Shown: positions 45,320 through 53,283 of the stretch, in pieces
How the letters are laid out: every line of letters starts with the position of its first letter
How positions within the stretch are numbered: the stretch's first letter is position 1
Program-made: the position numbers and the translations under genes
Notes under the pieces: generated by a model
Databases searched by the model: none
What the model was told of the DNA's origin: nothing
Seen by the model: the letters and a program-made list of their open reading frames with translations, nothing else
DNA from: Dongiaceae bacterium
GTDB taxonomy: Bacteria > Pseudomonadota > Alphaproteobacteria > Dongiales > Dongiaceae
Length of the DNA: 55,459 bases
Reading direction: 5' to 3'
NCBI GenBank assembly: GCA_040902645.1
Contig: JBBDWW010000005.1
Coordinates: 1-55,459, forward strand

Positions 45320-46196
45320 TGTAGATGGCGGTGATGACCAGAACCGCGCCCTGCACGACCGGGAAGTTGCGTCCGCTTATCATATTGAAAATCAACTTTC
45401 CGACGCCTGGCCGCTCGAAAATGACCTCGGCGAAGACAGCGCCGGAAAGCAGGCCCCCAAAGCCGATGCCGATCAGCGTGATCGTCGGCAGGATTGCGAC
45501 CCGCAATGCATAGCGATAGATGATGGTCTGGCGCGGCAGGCCGAAGGCCTGCGCCGCACGGATATAGTTTTCGCCCATCACCTCGAGCATCGAGGCGCGC
45601 ACCATGCGCGCGAGATAGCCGACCCAGCCGAGCCCAACCGCGAAGGCCGGCAGGATGAGGTGCAAAGCTTGGTCGAGCGGATCGCCCGGCTCGCCGGCAC
45701 CGATCGCCGGCAGCACGCCGAGCAGGATCGCAAAGAACAGCAGCGACCAGATCGACACCACGAAGGACGGAACGGCGATCGTTCCGATCGAGATAACGCC
45801 TGTGATGCGATCGAGCAGCGTATTGGGACGAACCGCCGCGAAACAACCAAGCGGAATTCCGATCAACATGGCCCAGCCAAGCCCGGCCACCGCCAGCAGC
45901 AGCGTGAAGGGCAGAACTTCGAACACCATGGCGGCGACGCCGCGTTCGGAAAAGACCGCAGTTCCGAGGTCACCCATCAGCGCGTTCCTGGCATAGACCA
46001 GGAACTGCACCAGGACCGAGTCGTCGAGATGCATTTTTTCGGCATAGCGCGCGATCGCTTCGGGAGTCGCACGCGGGCCGAGAGCAATCGTGATCGGATC
46101 GCCGGGGAGGAATCGCAGGAGCGCAAACAATACGAACAGCGCGCAGAAAACGATGACGATCGACAAGCCGACGCGCTTGAGCGTGTAGATCCACAT
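45252..46196 (-). CDS. ABC permease (DppB/OppB-like)
   Basis: Track ORF of 314 aa. It has a MWIYTLKRVGLSIVIV N-terminus and ends ...LVADLVVAKLDPRVR, as is typical of this family. Confidence 0.85.
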   Translation of the reverse strand: MWIYTLKRVGLSIVIVFCALFVLFALLRFLPGDPITIALGPRATPEAIARYAEKMHLDDSVLVQFLVYARNALMGDLGTAVFSERGVAAMVFEVLPFTLLLAVAGLGWAMLIGIPLGCFAAVRPNTLLDRITGVISIGTIAVPSFVVSIWSLLFFAILLGVLPAIGAGEPGDPLDQALHLILPAFAVGLGWVGYLARMVRASMLEVMGENYIRAAQAFGLPRQTIIYRYALRVAILPTITLIGIGFGGLLSGAVFAEVIFERPGVGKLIFNMISGRNFPVVQGAVLVITAIYIVVTLVADLVVAKLDPRVRESL

Positions 46197-46273
46197 CGGC
46201 CGGACCTAAGGCGACAATCGGAGTGGGAACGAAAAGGCCGGGATCCGAAGATCCCGGCCAATCGCTTTGATCA

Positions 46274-47824
46274 TCAGGCCGGCCGGAAGTCTCGAAGATC
46301 CATTTCACCGGACGGATAGACGTCGATCGCCAGCTCATTCCTGTAGATGAACGTCTCCGGCTCGTGATTGAGCCAGACATAGGCGCCGGTGTCTTCCATG
46401 ATCTCCTGCATGCGCAGATAGATCTCGTTGCGGCGGTCTACATCGGTCTCCGACAGGCCCTCGAGATACAATGCCTCGAACTCGTCGTCCGACCAGCGCT
46501 CCCAGTTCCACACACCGACCTGGTCGCGACGGAACCACTGCGTGCATTCGTACGGGTCGGGCGCAGTGCCGAAACGCATGATCCAGAGCTGCAGATCCTT
46601 CCACTGCTCGCCGGCCGCCTCCGAACCCATTTCCCAGAACGGACCGGAATCGACCGGTGTCACGGTCGCGTTGATGCCGATCGCGCCGAGATTGGCCTGG
46701 ATGATCTGGGCTGCGAGGATACGTTCCTGGACATTGAGCGTCTTGATATCCAGATCGAGTTCTGCGATGCCGGCTTCTTCGAGCAACGAAGCAGCCTTCT
46801 CCGGATCGTACGAGTATTTCGTCGCGGCACGATGGCCGACCAGGCCCGGGCACACGATGCCGTTCGATTTTTCCGTGGTGCCGGAATAGGCGCCCTGGAT
46901 CACCGAATCCACATCGACCGCATGCTGGATTGCCTGACGCACGCGAATATCCGAAAGCGTCGGATGCTCGGTGTTCATGCCCAGCCACATATATTGCAAC
47001 GCACCCGCGACCCGGATCGACGAACCATCCGGCGGCGTGTCGCCATAGCGAGCGACTGTCGCCGGCGTGATTTCCGTGCAGGCAACTTCGCCCGCTTCGA
47101 ACGCGAGTTCGGCTGCCCGATCTTCTTCGATGATGAGCGCGCGGATTTCGCTGAAGGCCGGCGCCGGGCCGGTCCATTCCGGGTTCGGCAGGAAGGTGAT
47201 CCGCTGTTGCGGCGCCCATTGCAGAATGTAAGGGCCGCAGGTCGCCGGGAACTCGGTCGTGAACTGACCGCCGACGGCATCCATCGCCTTGCGCGAGAGA
47301 ATGGTGGCGGGACCCGCGGCCAGCGTGACCATCGGGAACGGAGCGAAGGGCGTGTTCAGGACAATCGTGCCGGCATAGGGTCCGGTCACGTCGACGCGCT
47401 CCATCGCCTCGAAATTGCCGCTCCAGTCCGTCGTCTTCATGCGTTCGAACGAGTATTTCACGTCGTCGGCCGTGAGCTCGCCATAGCCGTTGGTCCACAT
47501 GAAGCCGGGATTGAGTTCGAAATCAATGTGTAGATCGTCGCGCTGCACGACGGAGCTAGCATAGACCGTCGGTTCCCAGCCGAGCGAGCCGTCTGCCATC
47601 GTGGCGTATTCGACCAGCGCAGGCATGACCGCCTTCTGGGTTTCGATTTCGGTACCGCCGACCATGTATCCCGGGTCGAGGACCGCAATATCGCTGTCGA
47701 ACCTGACATAGAGAACATTGTCCTGTGCTTTCCCGAAAGACGGGACCACACCGAAAGCACCGGCCGCGCCCGCCGCGAGCGAACTGGCCAGAACCTGTCG
47801 GCGTGTAAGTTTGATGGTCGGCAT
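46274..47824 (-). CDS. family-5 ABC substrate-binding protein (peptide/nickel/opine type) with a Tat signal
   Basis: Track ORF of 516 aa. The Tat-like signal is TRRQVLASSLAAGAAGAFG. Its size and layout fit SBP_bac_5. Confidence 0.85.
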   Translation of the reverse strand: MPTIKLTRRQVLASSLAAGAAGAFGVVPSFGKAQDNVLYVRFDSDIAVLDPGYMVGGTEIETQKAVMPALVEYATMADGSLGWEPTVYASSVVQRDDLHIDFELNPGFMWTNGYGELTADDVKYSFERMKTTDWSGNFEAMERVDVTGPYAGTIVLNTPFAPFPMVTLAAGPATILSRKAMDAVGGQFTTEFPATCGPYILQWAPQQRITFLPNPEWTGPAPAFSEIRALIIEEDRAAELAFEAGEVACTEITPATVARYGDTPPDGSSIRVAGALQYMWLGMNTEHPTLSDIRVRQAIQHAVDVDSVIQGAYSGTTEKSNGIVCPGLVGHRAATKYSYDPEKAASLLEEAGIAELDLDIKTLNVQERILAAQIIQANLGAIGINATVTPVDSGPFWEMGSEAAGEQWKDLQLWIMRFGTAPDPYECTQWFRRDQVGVWNWERWSDDEFEALYLEGLSETDVDRRNEIYLRMQEIMEDTGAYVWLNHEPETFIYRNELAIDVYPSGEMDLRDFRPA

Positions 47825-48145
47825 TGTGATGATCCTCCCTGTTGAACCCTTATCGAGCCGTTGTGCCTCGATTTTGACCCGGATTGTCCCTCAAGAGGCA
47901 AATATTTTGCAATGCCGGGTAGCCCTAATTCGCCACGATCCGCCTGTCCGCGTCATCGCAATCGGCGACGCAGGCGTCATACCCGGCCAATCCGCCAGCA
48001 ACGGGTGTCGCGAATACGCGATTCTACCCGCGGATGCGGGCGGCGTCTGGAGAGGCTAGCGCGCGCGCTCATGCCAGAGCCAGTGCCGCGCGATCCGCGG
48101 GGCAACGTCTCCCGGGGCCGCGACGGCCCTTAAAGTCGGTCGCCG

Positions 48146-49540
48146 TCAGTGGGCGCGGCGGCGTGCGGTGAACGCTTCGCTCGGATTTGAGCGATGCGCG
48201 CTGTGGACCGCGGCGAGCAGCCGCTGGCGCCAGCGCTGGGCGTCGTTCCCCTGCACCTTGCGCATCATCGAGAGCCACCGACCCTGGCGTTCGTCCCGTT
48301 TCATTTCGGTGGCGCGCCGAAGCCCTCCGGCAATCGACCGATCGTCGAGCGGATCCACCAGAATGGCGTCGGTCAATTCGCTGGCAGCACCGGTGGATTG
48401 CGAAAGCACCAGCACGCCCGGGTCTTCGGGGTTCTGCGCCGCAATATACTCTTTCGCCGCGAGGCCCATGCCCGCGCGCGGTCGCGCCATGAGGCCGATC
48501 CGGGATGCGCGCAGCAGCGCCAGTTTTTCCGCGCGGGTGAATGCGCGATGTGCCAGGTGGACCGGTTTCCAATCGTCACTGCCGAAACAGCCGTTGATGC
48601 AATCCGACATCGCGCGGAGCTCGCCCGCCGCCGCCCGCAGCTCGGGCCGCGGGGTCGCTGCCATCACCTGAAGCAGACAGATCCGTTCGGCGAGTTCGGG
48701 GCTTTGCTCGAACAATGTTTCGAGCGCGCTGAACGAACGATGAATACCGCTCACCTCGTCGAGCCGCTCGAGGCCGACGATCGCAGTCTGTCCATGCAGT
48801 ACGGTGCGGATCCGGCGGACCAGCGCATCGACGGCCGACGAACTGGCCATCGACTGCGCGCGGCTTGCATCGATACCGGTCGGGAAGGCACCGACCGCGA
48901 CGCTGCTGCCATCGATCGAGAGCCGACCGCCGGCTGCGTTGCCGCCGCAAAATTGTTCGGCGAATGCCTGGAAGTTCGCGCGGCATTCGTCGGTCTGAAA
49001 TCCGACCAGATCGTAGCACGCCAGATCCTCGGCGAGTTCGCGTGCCCAGGGCAGCGCGGCAAAGATATCGGGGTCGGGAAAGGGTTCGCGGAGGAAGAAG
49101 CCCATCGGCACGGTATAGCCCTGCCGCCGCAGTTCACGCGCCACCGGAATCAAATGATGGTCGTGCACGAGGATGCTGTCGCTCGAGACCGCATACCGTG
49201 CGACCGTGTCGGCAAAGCGTACGTTGACGCGCCGATAAGCCAGATAGCTCGCCTGATCGAATTGCGCCAGATCAAGACGGCCATACAGCACCGGCCCCAA
49301 GGCATGTTCGGCGAGAAAGGAATGGCCCGCGACCTGCTCGGTCGTCAGCCCGACGGAAACGCGCCCGTAGCTCCCTTCCCTGCTGGGAAGATCGGCGGCC
49401 GATGGGCGATCCTCGGCCCCGCCGATCCAAAGCCCGGCGGTATCTTCGAGCGCGGCAACGAGCGTGGAGGCCACCCCGTTGTTCTGGATCTCCACTTCGG
49501 TGCCGGGGAGCCGGTTCGATACGACGATGAGGCGCTGCAT
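48146..49540 (-). CDS. divergent GT20-family protein (trehalose-6-phosphate-synthase-like)
   Basis: Lies within the track ORF 48146..49618. ATG 49540 is preceded by AGGAGG. MQRLIVVSNRLP..., HDHHLIPVARELR, YDLVGFQT and VLVLSQSTGAASEL parallel OtsA. Several substrate-binding motifs are altered; see the finding. Confidence 0.7.
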   Translation of the reverse strand: MQRLIVVSNRLPGTEVEIQNNGVASTLVAALEDTAGLWIGGAEDRPSAADLPSREGSYGRVSVGLTTEQVAGHSFLAEHALGPVLYGRLDLAQFDQASYLAYRRVNVRFADTVARYAVSSDSILVHDHHLIPVARELRRQGYTVPMGFFLREPFPDPDIFAALPWARELAEDLACYDLVGFQTDECRANFQAFAEQFCGGNAAGGRLSIDGSSVAVGAFPTGIDASRAQSMASSSAVDALVRRIRTVLHGQTAIVGLERLDEVSGIHRSFSALETLFEQSPELAERICLLQVMAATPRPELRAAAGELRAMSDCINGCFGSDDWKPVHLAHRAFTRAEKLALLRASRIGLMARPRAGMGLAAKEYIAAQNPEDPGVLVLSQSTGAASELTDAILVDPLDDRSIAGGLRRATEMKRDERQGRWLSMMRKVQGNDAQRWRQRLLAAVHSAHRSNPSEAFTARRRAH

Positions 49541-49743
49541 GACCCATCCCCTCCTGTTCGAGACCCATGGCGAATGCCACCTGGCAGAACATCGAGCGGC
49601 GATTTTGATCTGAAACACCTCGCTCGATAACGACGGTCTCGGTCATCGTTGTCCCAGCTGTAGCAGGCGTTCGATGTCCCGACACTGATTCAGCGCAAAG
49701 CGAGGGGAAAATCGACGCAGATATCGATGATAAATTTGTGAGA

Positions 49744-49757
49744 TTGCGGTGGATCAA
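49744..49757. promoter_or_regulatory. FNR/FixK-type box candidate (TTGCGGTGGATCAA)
   Basis: It matches TTGAT-N4-ATCAA at 8 of 10 positions. It lies in the AT-enriched divergent region between the GT20 gene and the first Crp/Fnr gene. A match of this quality is expected by chance several times in 55 kb. Confidence 0.2.
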
Positions 49758-49927
49758 GATCGCGAAGATGGAAGGACGCAGTAAACATTGAGTTTTCATA
49801 TCGGAATCGGTGCCTTATTCTACCGTATAGTATAGGACGACTTAGTCGACGCCGACCGTTCGGCGTTTCATACTCGATAGAGATCGCCGAGACGCCGCTG
49901 AGCCGTCGCGTCGCGTCGATCATTACG

Positions 49928-50626
49928 ATGACGGATGGCGATCGCGAGGCGCTGGCTGCGCTCGAGGCAAATCCGATCAAGATTCCGAAAGGCAAGGAAC
50001 TGATCGAGCCCGGCGAAGACGGCACCAAGCCTTTCGTTCTTCTGTCGGGATTCGTGATTGTTTCGCGTTCGAGCAGCGCCGGCGAGCGGCTTATCATCGA
50101 CCTGATGATTCCAGGCGACCTTGGCAATCTGCGTTCGATCGTTCTGGAACAGACGGACATGTTCTTCGATTCCGCCAGCGACGTTACGATTTCGCGCTTT
50201 CATCCGAAGACGTACTACGAATTGCTGACCAAGCAGCCTCGGCTCGGCACGGCGCTGTTCTTTGCCAATGCGGTAGACCGGTCGCTGATGGCGGAGCGGC
50301 TCTACAGCATCGGACGTCGCAGCGGCTATCAGCGGCTGGGCCATTTCCTGCTCGACTTGCTGGCGCGGATGCGTCGCGCCGGAGTCGCAGACGAAAACTC
50401 GTTTCGGGCGCCGCTGACCCTGGCGATCCTCGGCGATCTTCTCGGCATGACGCTCGAGCATGTCAGCCGCCTCACACAGCGGCTTCGCCGGGCCGGCTTC
50501 CTGCGCACCGAGCGCGACCTTTACGAGTTTCCCGATCTCGAGGGCCTGGCCAAGGCTGCAGACTTCGATCCGTTTTATCTCCATTTGAAGGAAAATCCGG
50601 AAGCGAAGCAGAAGGCATTGCGCTAG
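49928..50626 (+). CDS. Crp/Fnr-family transcriptional regulator (paralogue 1)
   Basis: Track ORF of 232 aa. It has a cNMP-binding-like beta barrel followed by the HTH LTLAILGDLLGMTLEHVSRLTQRLRRAGFL. There is no N-terminal Cys cluster, so it is not an FNR-type oxygen sensor. Confidence 0.85.
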   Translation: MTDGDREALAALEANPIKIPKGKELIEPGEDGTKPFVLLSGFVIVSRSSSAGERLIIDLMIPGDLGNLRSIVLEQTDMFFDSASDVTISRFHPKTYYELLTKQPRLGTALFFANAVDRSLMAERLYSIGRRSGYQRLGHFLLDLLARMRRAGVADENSFRAPLTLAILGDLLGMTLEHVSRLTQRLRRAGFLRTERDLYEFPDLEGLAKAADFDPFYLHLKENPEAKQKALR

Positions 50627-50651
50627 CTTTTCGATCGCCATCAACGGCTGC

Positions 50652-50789
50652 GGCGACAGACTTCTGGTGACGAGGCGGGAGCGCTGGGAATTCGTCGATC
50701 TTCCGCGAATGGGTCAGGCCTGCGACTTCGACCCCTGCTATCTGCACAATGCAGACGATGTGTCGCTCCCGGGTGACGGCGCAGGCTGA
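50652..50789 (+). pseudogene. C-terminal remnant of a third Crp/Fnr paralogue
   Basis: Manual translation gives GDRLLVTRRERWEFVDLPRMGQACDFDPCYLHNADDVSLPGDGAG*. About 19 of 30 positions are identical to the C-terminus of paralogue 2 (DGFLVTKRDHWQFIDLPGMEKACDFDPAYLH). No cNMP domain, HTH or start codon lies upstream. Confidence 0.6.
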
Positions 50790-51068
50790 AGCGGGCCATT
50801 GGCTGCCTCTCACCCCTGCGAAGGCCCCACGCGGCACAGTCCCCCCGTTCCGGTGAACAATCGCTGCCGACGGCGCCGCGACCGTTCATCCCACAGGCCG
50901 CCGCCTAATCCCCGGAATTTGCGGCAGGATCCATCTAAATAACACTGATCCATTGTATGTCTCTTTTTATACATCATTATGATTTCGGATTGTTCAGCTT
51001 GATCCATAGCGGCCCGGTAAGGGCCCTCGCCTGACCAACGCCGACGATTTTCGGAAAGGGGCGATTAA

Positions 51069-51920
51069 ATGGAAATTCGAGAAAAGCTACGGGCCGGGGG
51101 CAGTCCCTTCCTGCGACGAATGGATCGGGCAAGCCGCCTTTCGGAACCCGAACAGAAAGCATTCGCGGCGCTCGAGACGTCGGTCGAGTCTTTTGCCAAG
51201 GGAACAGATCTCGTGCGGCCGGGCGACCGCCACTCGCGACCTTTCATCCTCCAGAGCGGCTATGTCATCGTCGCGCGGCATAATTCGACCGGGCAGCGGA
51301 TGATCATCGACCTGATGATCCCCGGCGATATCGGAAACGCACGGGCGATCGTGCTGCCCCGGGCCGATATGCTCTACACCGCGCTCAACGATATCGTCGT
51401 ATCGCGGATTCCGATCGAGGCGCATCGCGATCTGATGCTGGCCCATCCGCGGCCGTCGATGGCGCTCTTATGGACGGGCGCCATCAGCCGGTCGCTGCTG
51501 GCGGAACGGCTGTACAGCCTCGGTCGGCGGAACGGCTATCAGCGGACTGGACATTTTCTGCTCGAGTTGCGGGTGCGCCTCGAGGAAGTCGGGTTGACCG
51601 ACGGCCCCTCGTTCCGGGCACCACTGACGCTGGCGGTTCTCGGCGATCTTCTCGGCCTGACACCCGAACATGTCAGCCGCGTCGTACAACGCCTCCGGCG
51701 CGATGGTTTCCTCGTTACCAAGCGCGATCACTGGCAGTTCATTGATTTGCCCGGTATGGAGAAGGCGTGCGATTTCGATCCCGCCTACCTGCATACATTA
51801 GACCGGGAGCTGGTAGCCTTTTCATTGCATGAGATCGGGACTTCCGCCGCGATGAGCGCAGGACGTCCGCCAGATCAAACCGGCGCCGGCGCGTTTATGC
51901 TAGCGGCCGCGCAAAGCTGA
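51069..51920 (+). CDS. Crp/Fnr-family transcriptional regulator (paralogue 2, with a C-terminal extension)
   Basis: Track ORF of 283 aa. It is collinear with paralogue 1 (LMIPGDIGN..., SLLAERLYSLGRRNGYQRTGHFLLEL, LTLAVLGDLLGLTPEHVSRVVQRLRRDGFL). Confidence 0.85.
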   Translation: MEIREKLRAGGSPFLRRMDRASRLSEPEQKAFAALETSVESFAKGTDLVRPGDRHSRPFILQSGYVIVARHNSTGQRMIIDLMIPGDIGNARAIVLPRADMLYTALNDIVVSRIPIEAHRDLMLAHPRPSMALLWTGAISRSLLAERLYSLGRRNGYQRTGHFLLELRVRLEEVGLTDGPSFRAPLTLAVLGDLLGLTPEHVSRVVQRLRRDGFLVTKRDHWQFIDLPGMEKACDFDPAYLHTLDRELVAFSLHEIGTSAAMSAGRPPDQTGAGAFMLAAAQS

Positions 51921-52271
51921 GTTCGTGTCGATCGGGGTCGGCGATATGAAAATATCGCTCTCCCCATGGCGCGTCGTTCGGCGCGAACGCCGGCACCAGG
52001 CCTCGCGCGAGTGCCAGGCGGTACATCGCGTCGACATCGTCGACATAAAAAATCACCCGGCCCCACCAGCCCCGCGGCGGAGCTTCCGCCGTTAGGTTGA
52101 GATGCTGGTTGCCGATGGCGAAGCTGCTGAAACGCGCGTCGCGGCTGCTGACGAGGCAAATTCCAGTGCCTCGTAGAAGGCAACCGCGCCGGCCATATCG
52201 GCGGTGCCGAGCGTGATCGCCGCGATGCGCTCGATTTGCCGAGCTGGCACGTCATCCGCTCTGCTCACCAT
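51895..52271 (-). pseudogene. VOC/glyoxalase-family gene interrupted by a single-base frameshift
   Basis: From ATG 52271 the sequence reads MVSRADDVPARQIERIAAITLGTADMAGAVAFYEALEF... This frame then hits a stop. A second frame continues ...LVSSRDARFSSFAIGNQHLNLTAEAPPRGWWGRVIFYVDDVDAMYRLALARGLVPAFAPNDAPWGERYFHIADPDRHELSFARPLA*. The total length is 377 nt, one short of 126 codons. The frame junction is near 52150..52166. Confidence 0.6.
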
Positions 52272-52590
52272 GGCTCTCCCATGCTGTTCCTCTCGACGGG
52301 CAGGGGATAGATTGGTTGCGGTCGATCGAATCGCTATGTCATCGCGACGCTACGCCCCGAGCGACCTGCGCGATCGTTTTTACAAAGGGTGCGTGTATAT
52401 AGTATTGTCCGGGGGCAATGAGGGGACGCCCGTCAGCGAGCAACAGGATAGGTATGAGGATTAACGGCAAAATACCGTGTTTTCGGTAGACAACGCCCCT
52501 TATCCGCATAACATGCTATCGGTGGTCGGCTAGGGTTTCGGCCGATCTGGTGCTCGATGATCCAAGCAGTCCCCATGAGGATGGATTTCG

Positions 52591-53259
52591 ATGCCCGACG
52601 AATCGCAGGACGACAGTCTCCGCGTGCTCTTTGCCGACGATCACCGCCTGGTTCGGGAGGCGCTCGCGCCGTTCATCACCCGGATCGCCCCTTCGGTGCA
52701 TCTCGACGAAGCCTCTTCGGTCGACGAAGCGCTGGTGCTGCTGCGCGACAACGGGGTTTACGATCTGATTCTTCTCGATCTCAACATGCCGGGCATGGAT
52801 GGGTTCAACGGTTTCAACAAGATTCGTGAGATGGCGCCCGACAAGCCAATCGCGATTCTCTCCGGTTCGCTCGATCCGGATGATGTCAGCCAGGCGCTCG
52901 AACATGGTGCTGCCGGCTATATTCCCAAGACGACGACGGGCGGCACGCTCGTTAACGCGTTGCAAATCATCCTGGCTGGCGAAGTCTATGTGCCGCCGGC
53001 ACTCATGGCTTCGACGGCGTCGCGTACCGCGCGCGATCATCGCGATGTTCGCGAGGTTGCGCTCGCCGATCGCCAGATGGAAGTTCTGAAGGCGCTTGCC
53101 GAGGGGCTGCCGAACAAGGAGATCGCCCGCCGTCTCGGAATCGCCGAGATCACGGTGAAGGTGCATCTGCAATCGATCTACCGGAAGCTCGGCGTCTCGA
53201 ATCGGACCGAAGCGCTGGCGGCTGCGCTCAATCGCGGTCTGGTCTCGCTGAAACGATAA
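52591..53259 (+). CDS. NarL/FixJ-family response regulator (REC plus LuxR-type HTH)
   Basis: Track ORF of 222 aa. The REC domain has LLDLNMPGMDG with the phospho-acceptor Asp. The HTH reads LADRQMEVLKALAEGLPNKEIARRLGIAEITVKVHLQSIYRKLGV. Confidence 0.9.
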   Translation: MPDESQDDSLRVLFADDHRLVREALAPFITRIAPSVHLDEASSVDEALVLLRDNGVYDLILLDLNMPGMDGFNGFNKIREMAPDKPIAILSGSLDPDDVSQALEHGAAGYIPKTTTGGTLVNALQIILAGEVYVPPALMASTASRTARDHRDVREVALADRQMEVLKALAEGLPNKEIARRLGIAEITVKVHLQSIYRKLGVSNRTEALAAALNRGLVSLKR

Positions 53260-53283
53260 GATCGCGCGGACGGTCGCGATTCT

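Noticed and set aside
47898-47910. GCAAA-TAT-TTTGC inverted repeat upstream of the family-5 binding-protein gene
   Set aside because: The arms are only 5 bp and no second copy or known motif was found. It is too short to distinguish from chance.
51875-52255. 126-aa minus-strand ORF from the track
   Set aside because: It is the third frame across a region where the other two frames together encode a recognisable VOC-fold protein. The region is interpreted instead as a frameshifted VOC gene.
52405-52418. TTGTCCGGGGGCAA, a minimal TTG-N8-CAA match upstream of the response regulator
   Set aside because: It matches only 6 of 10 positions of the FNR/FixK consensus. The minimal pattern is expected by chance many times in 55 kb.
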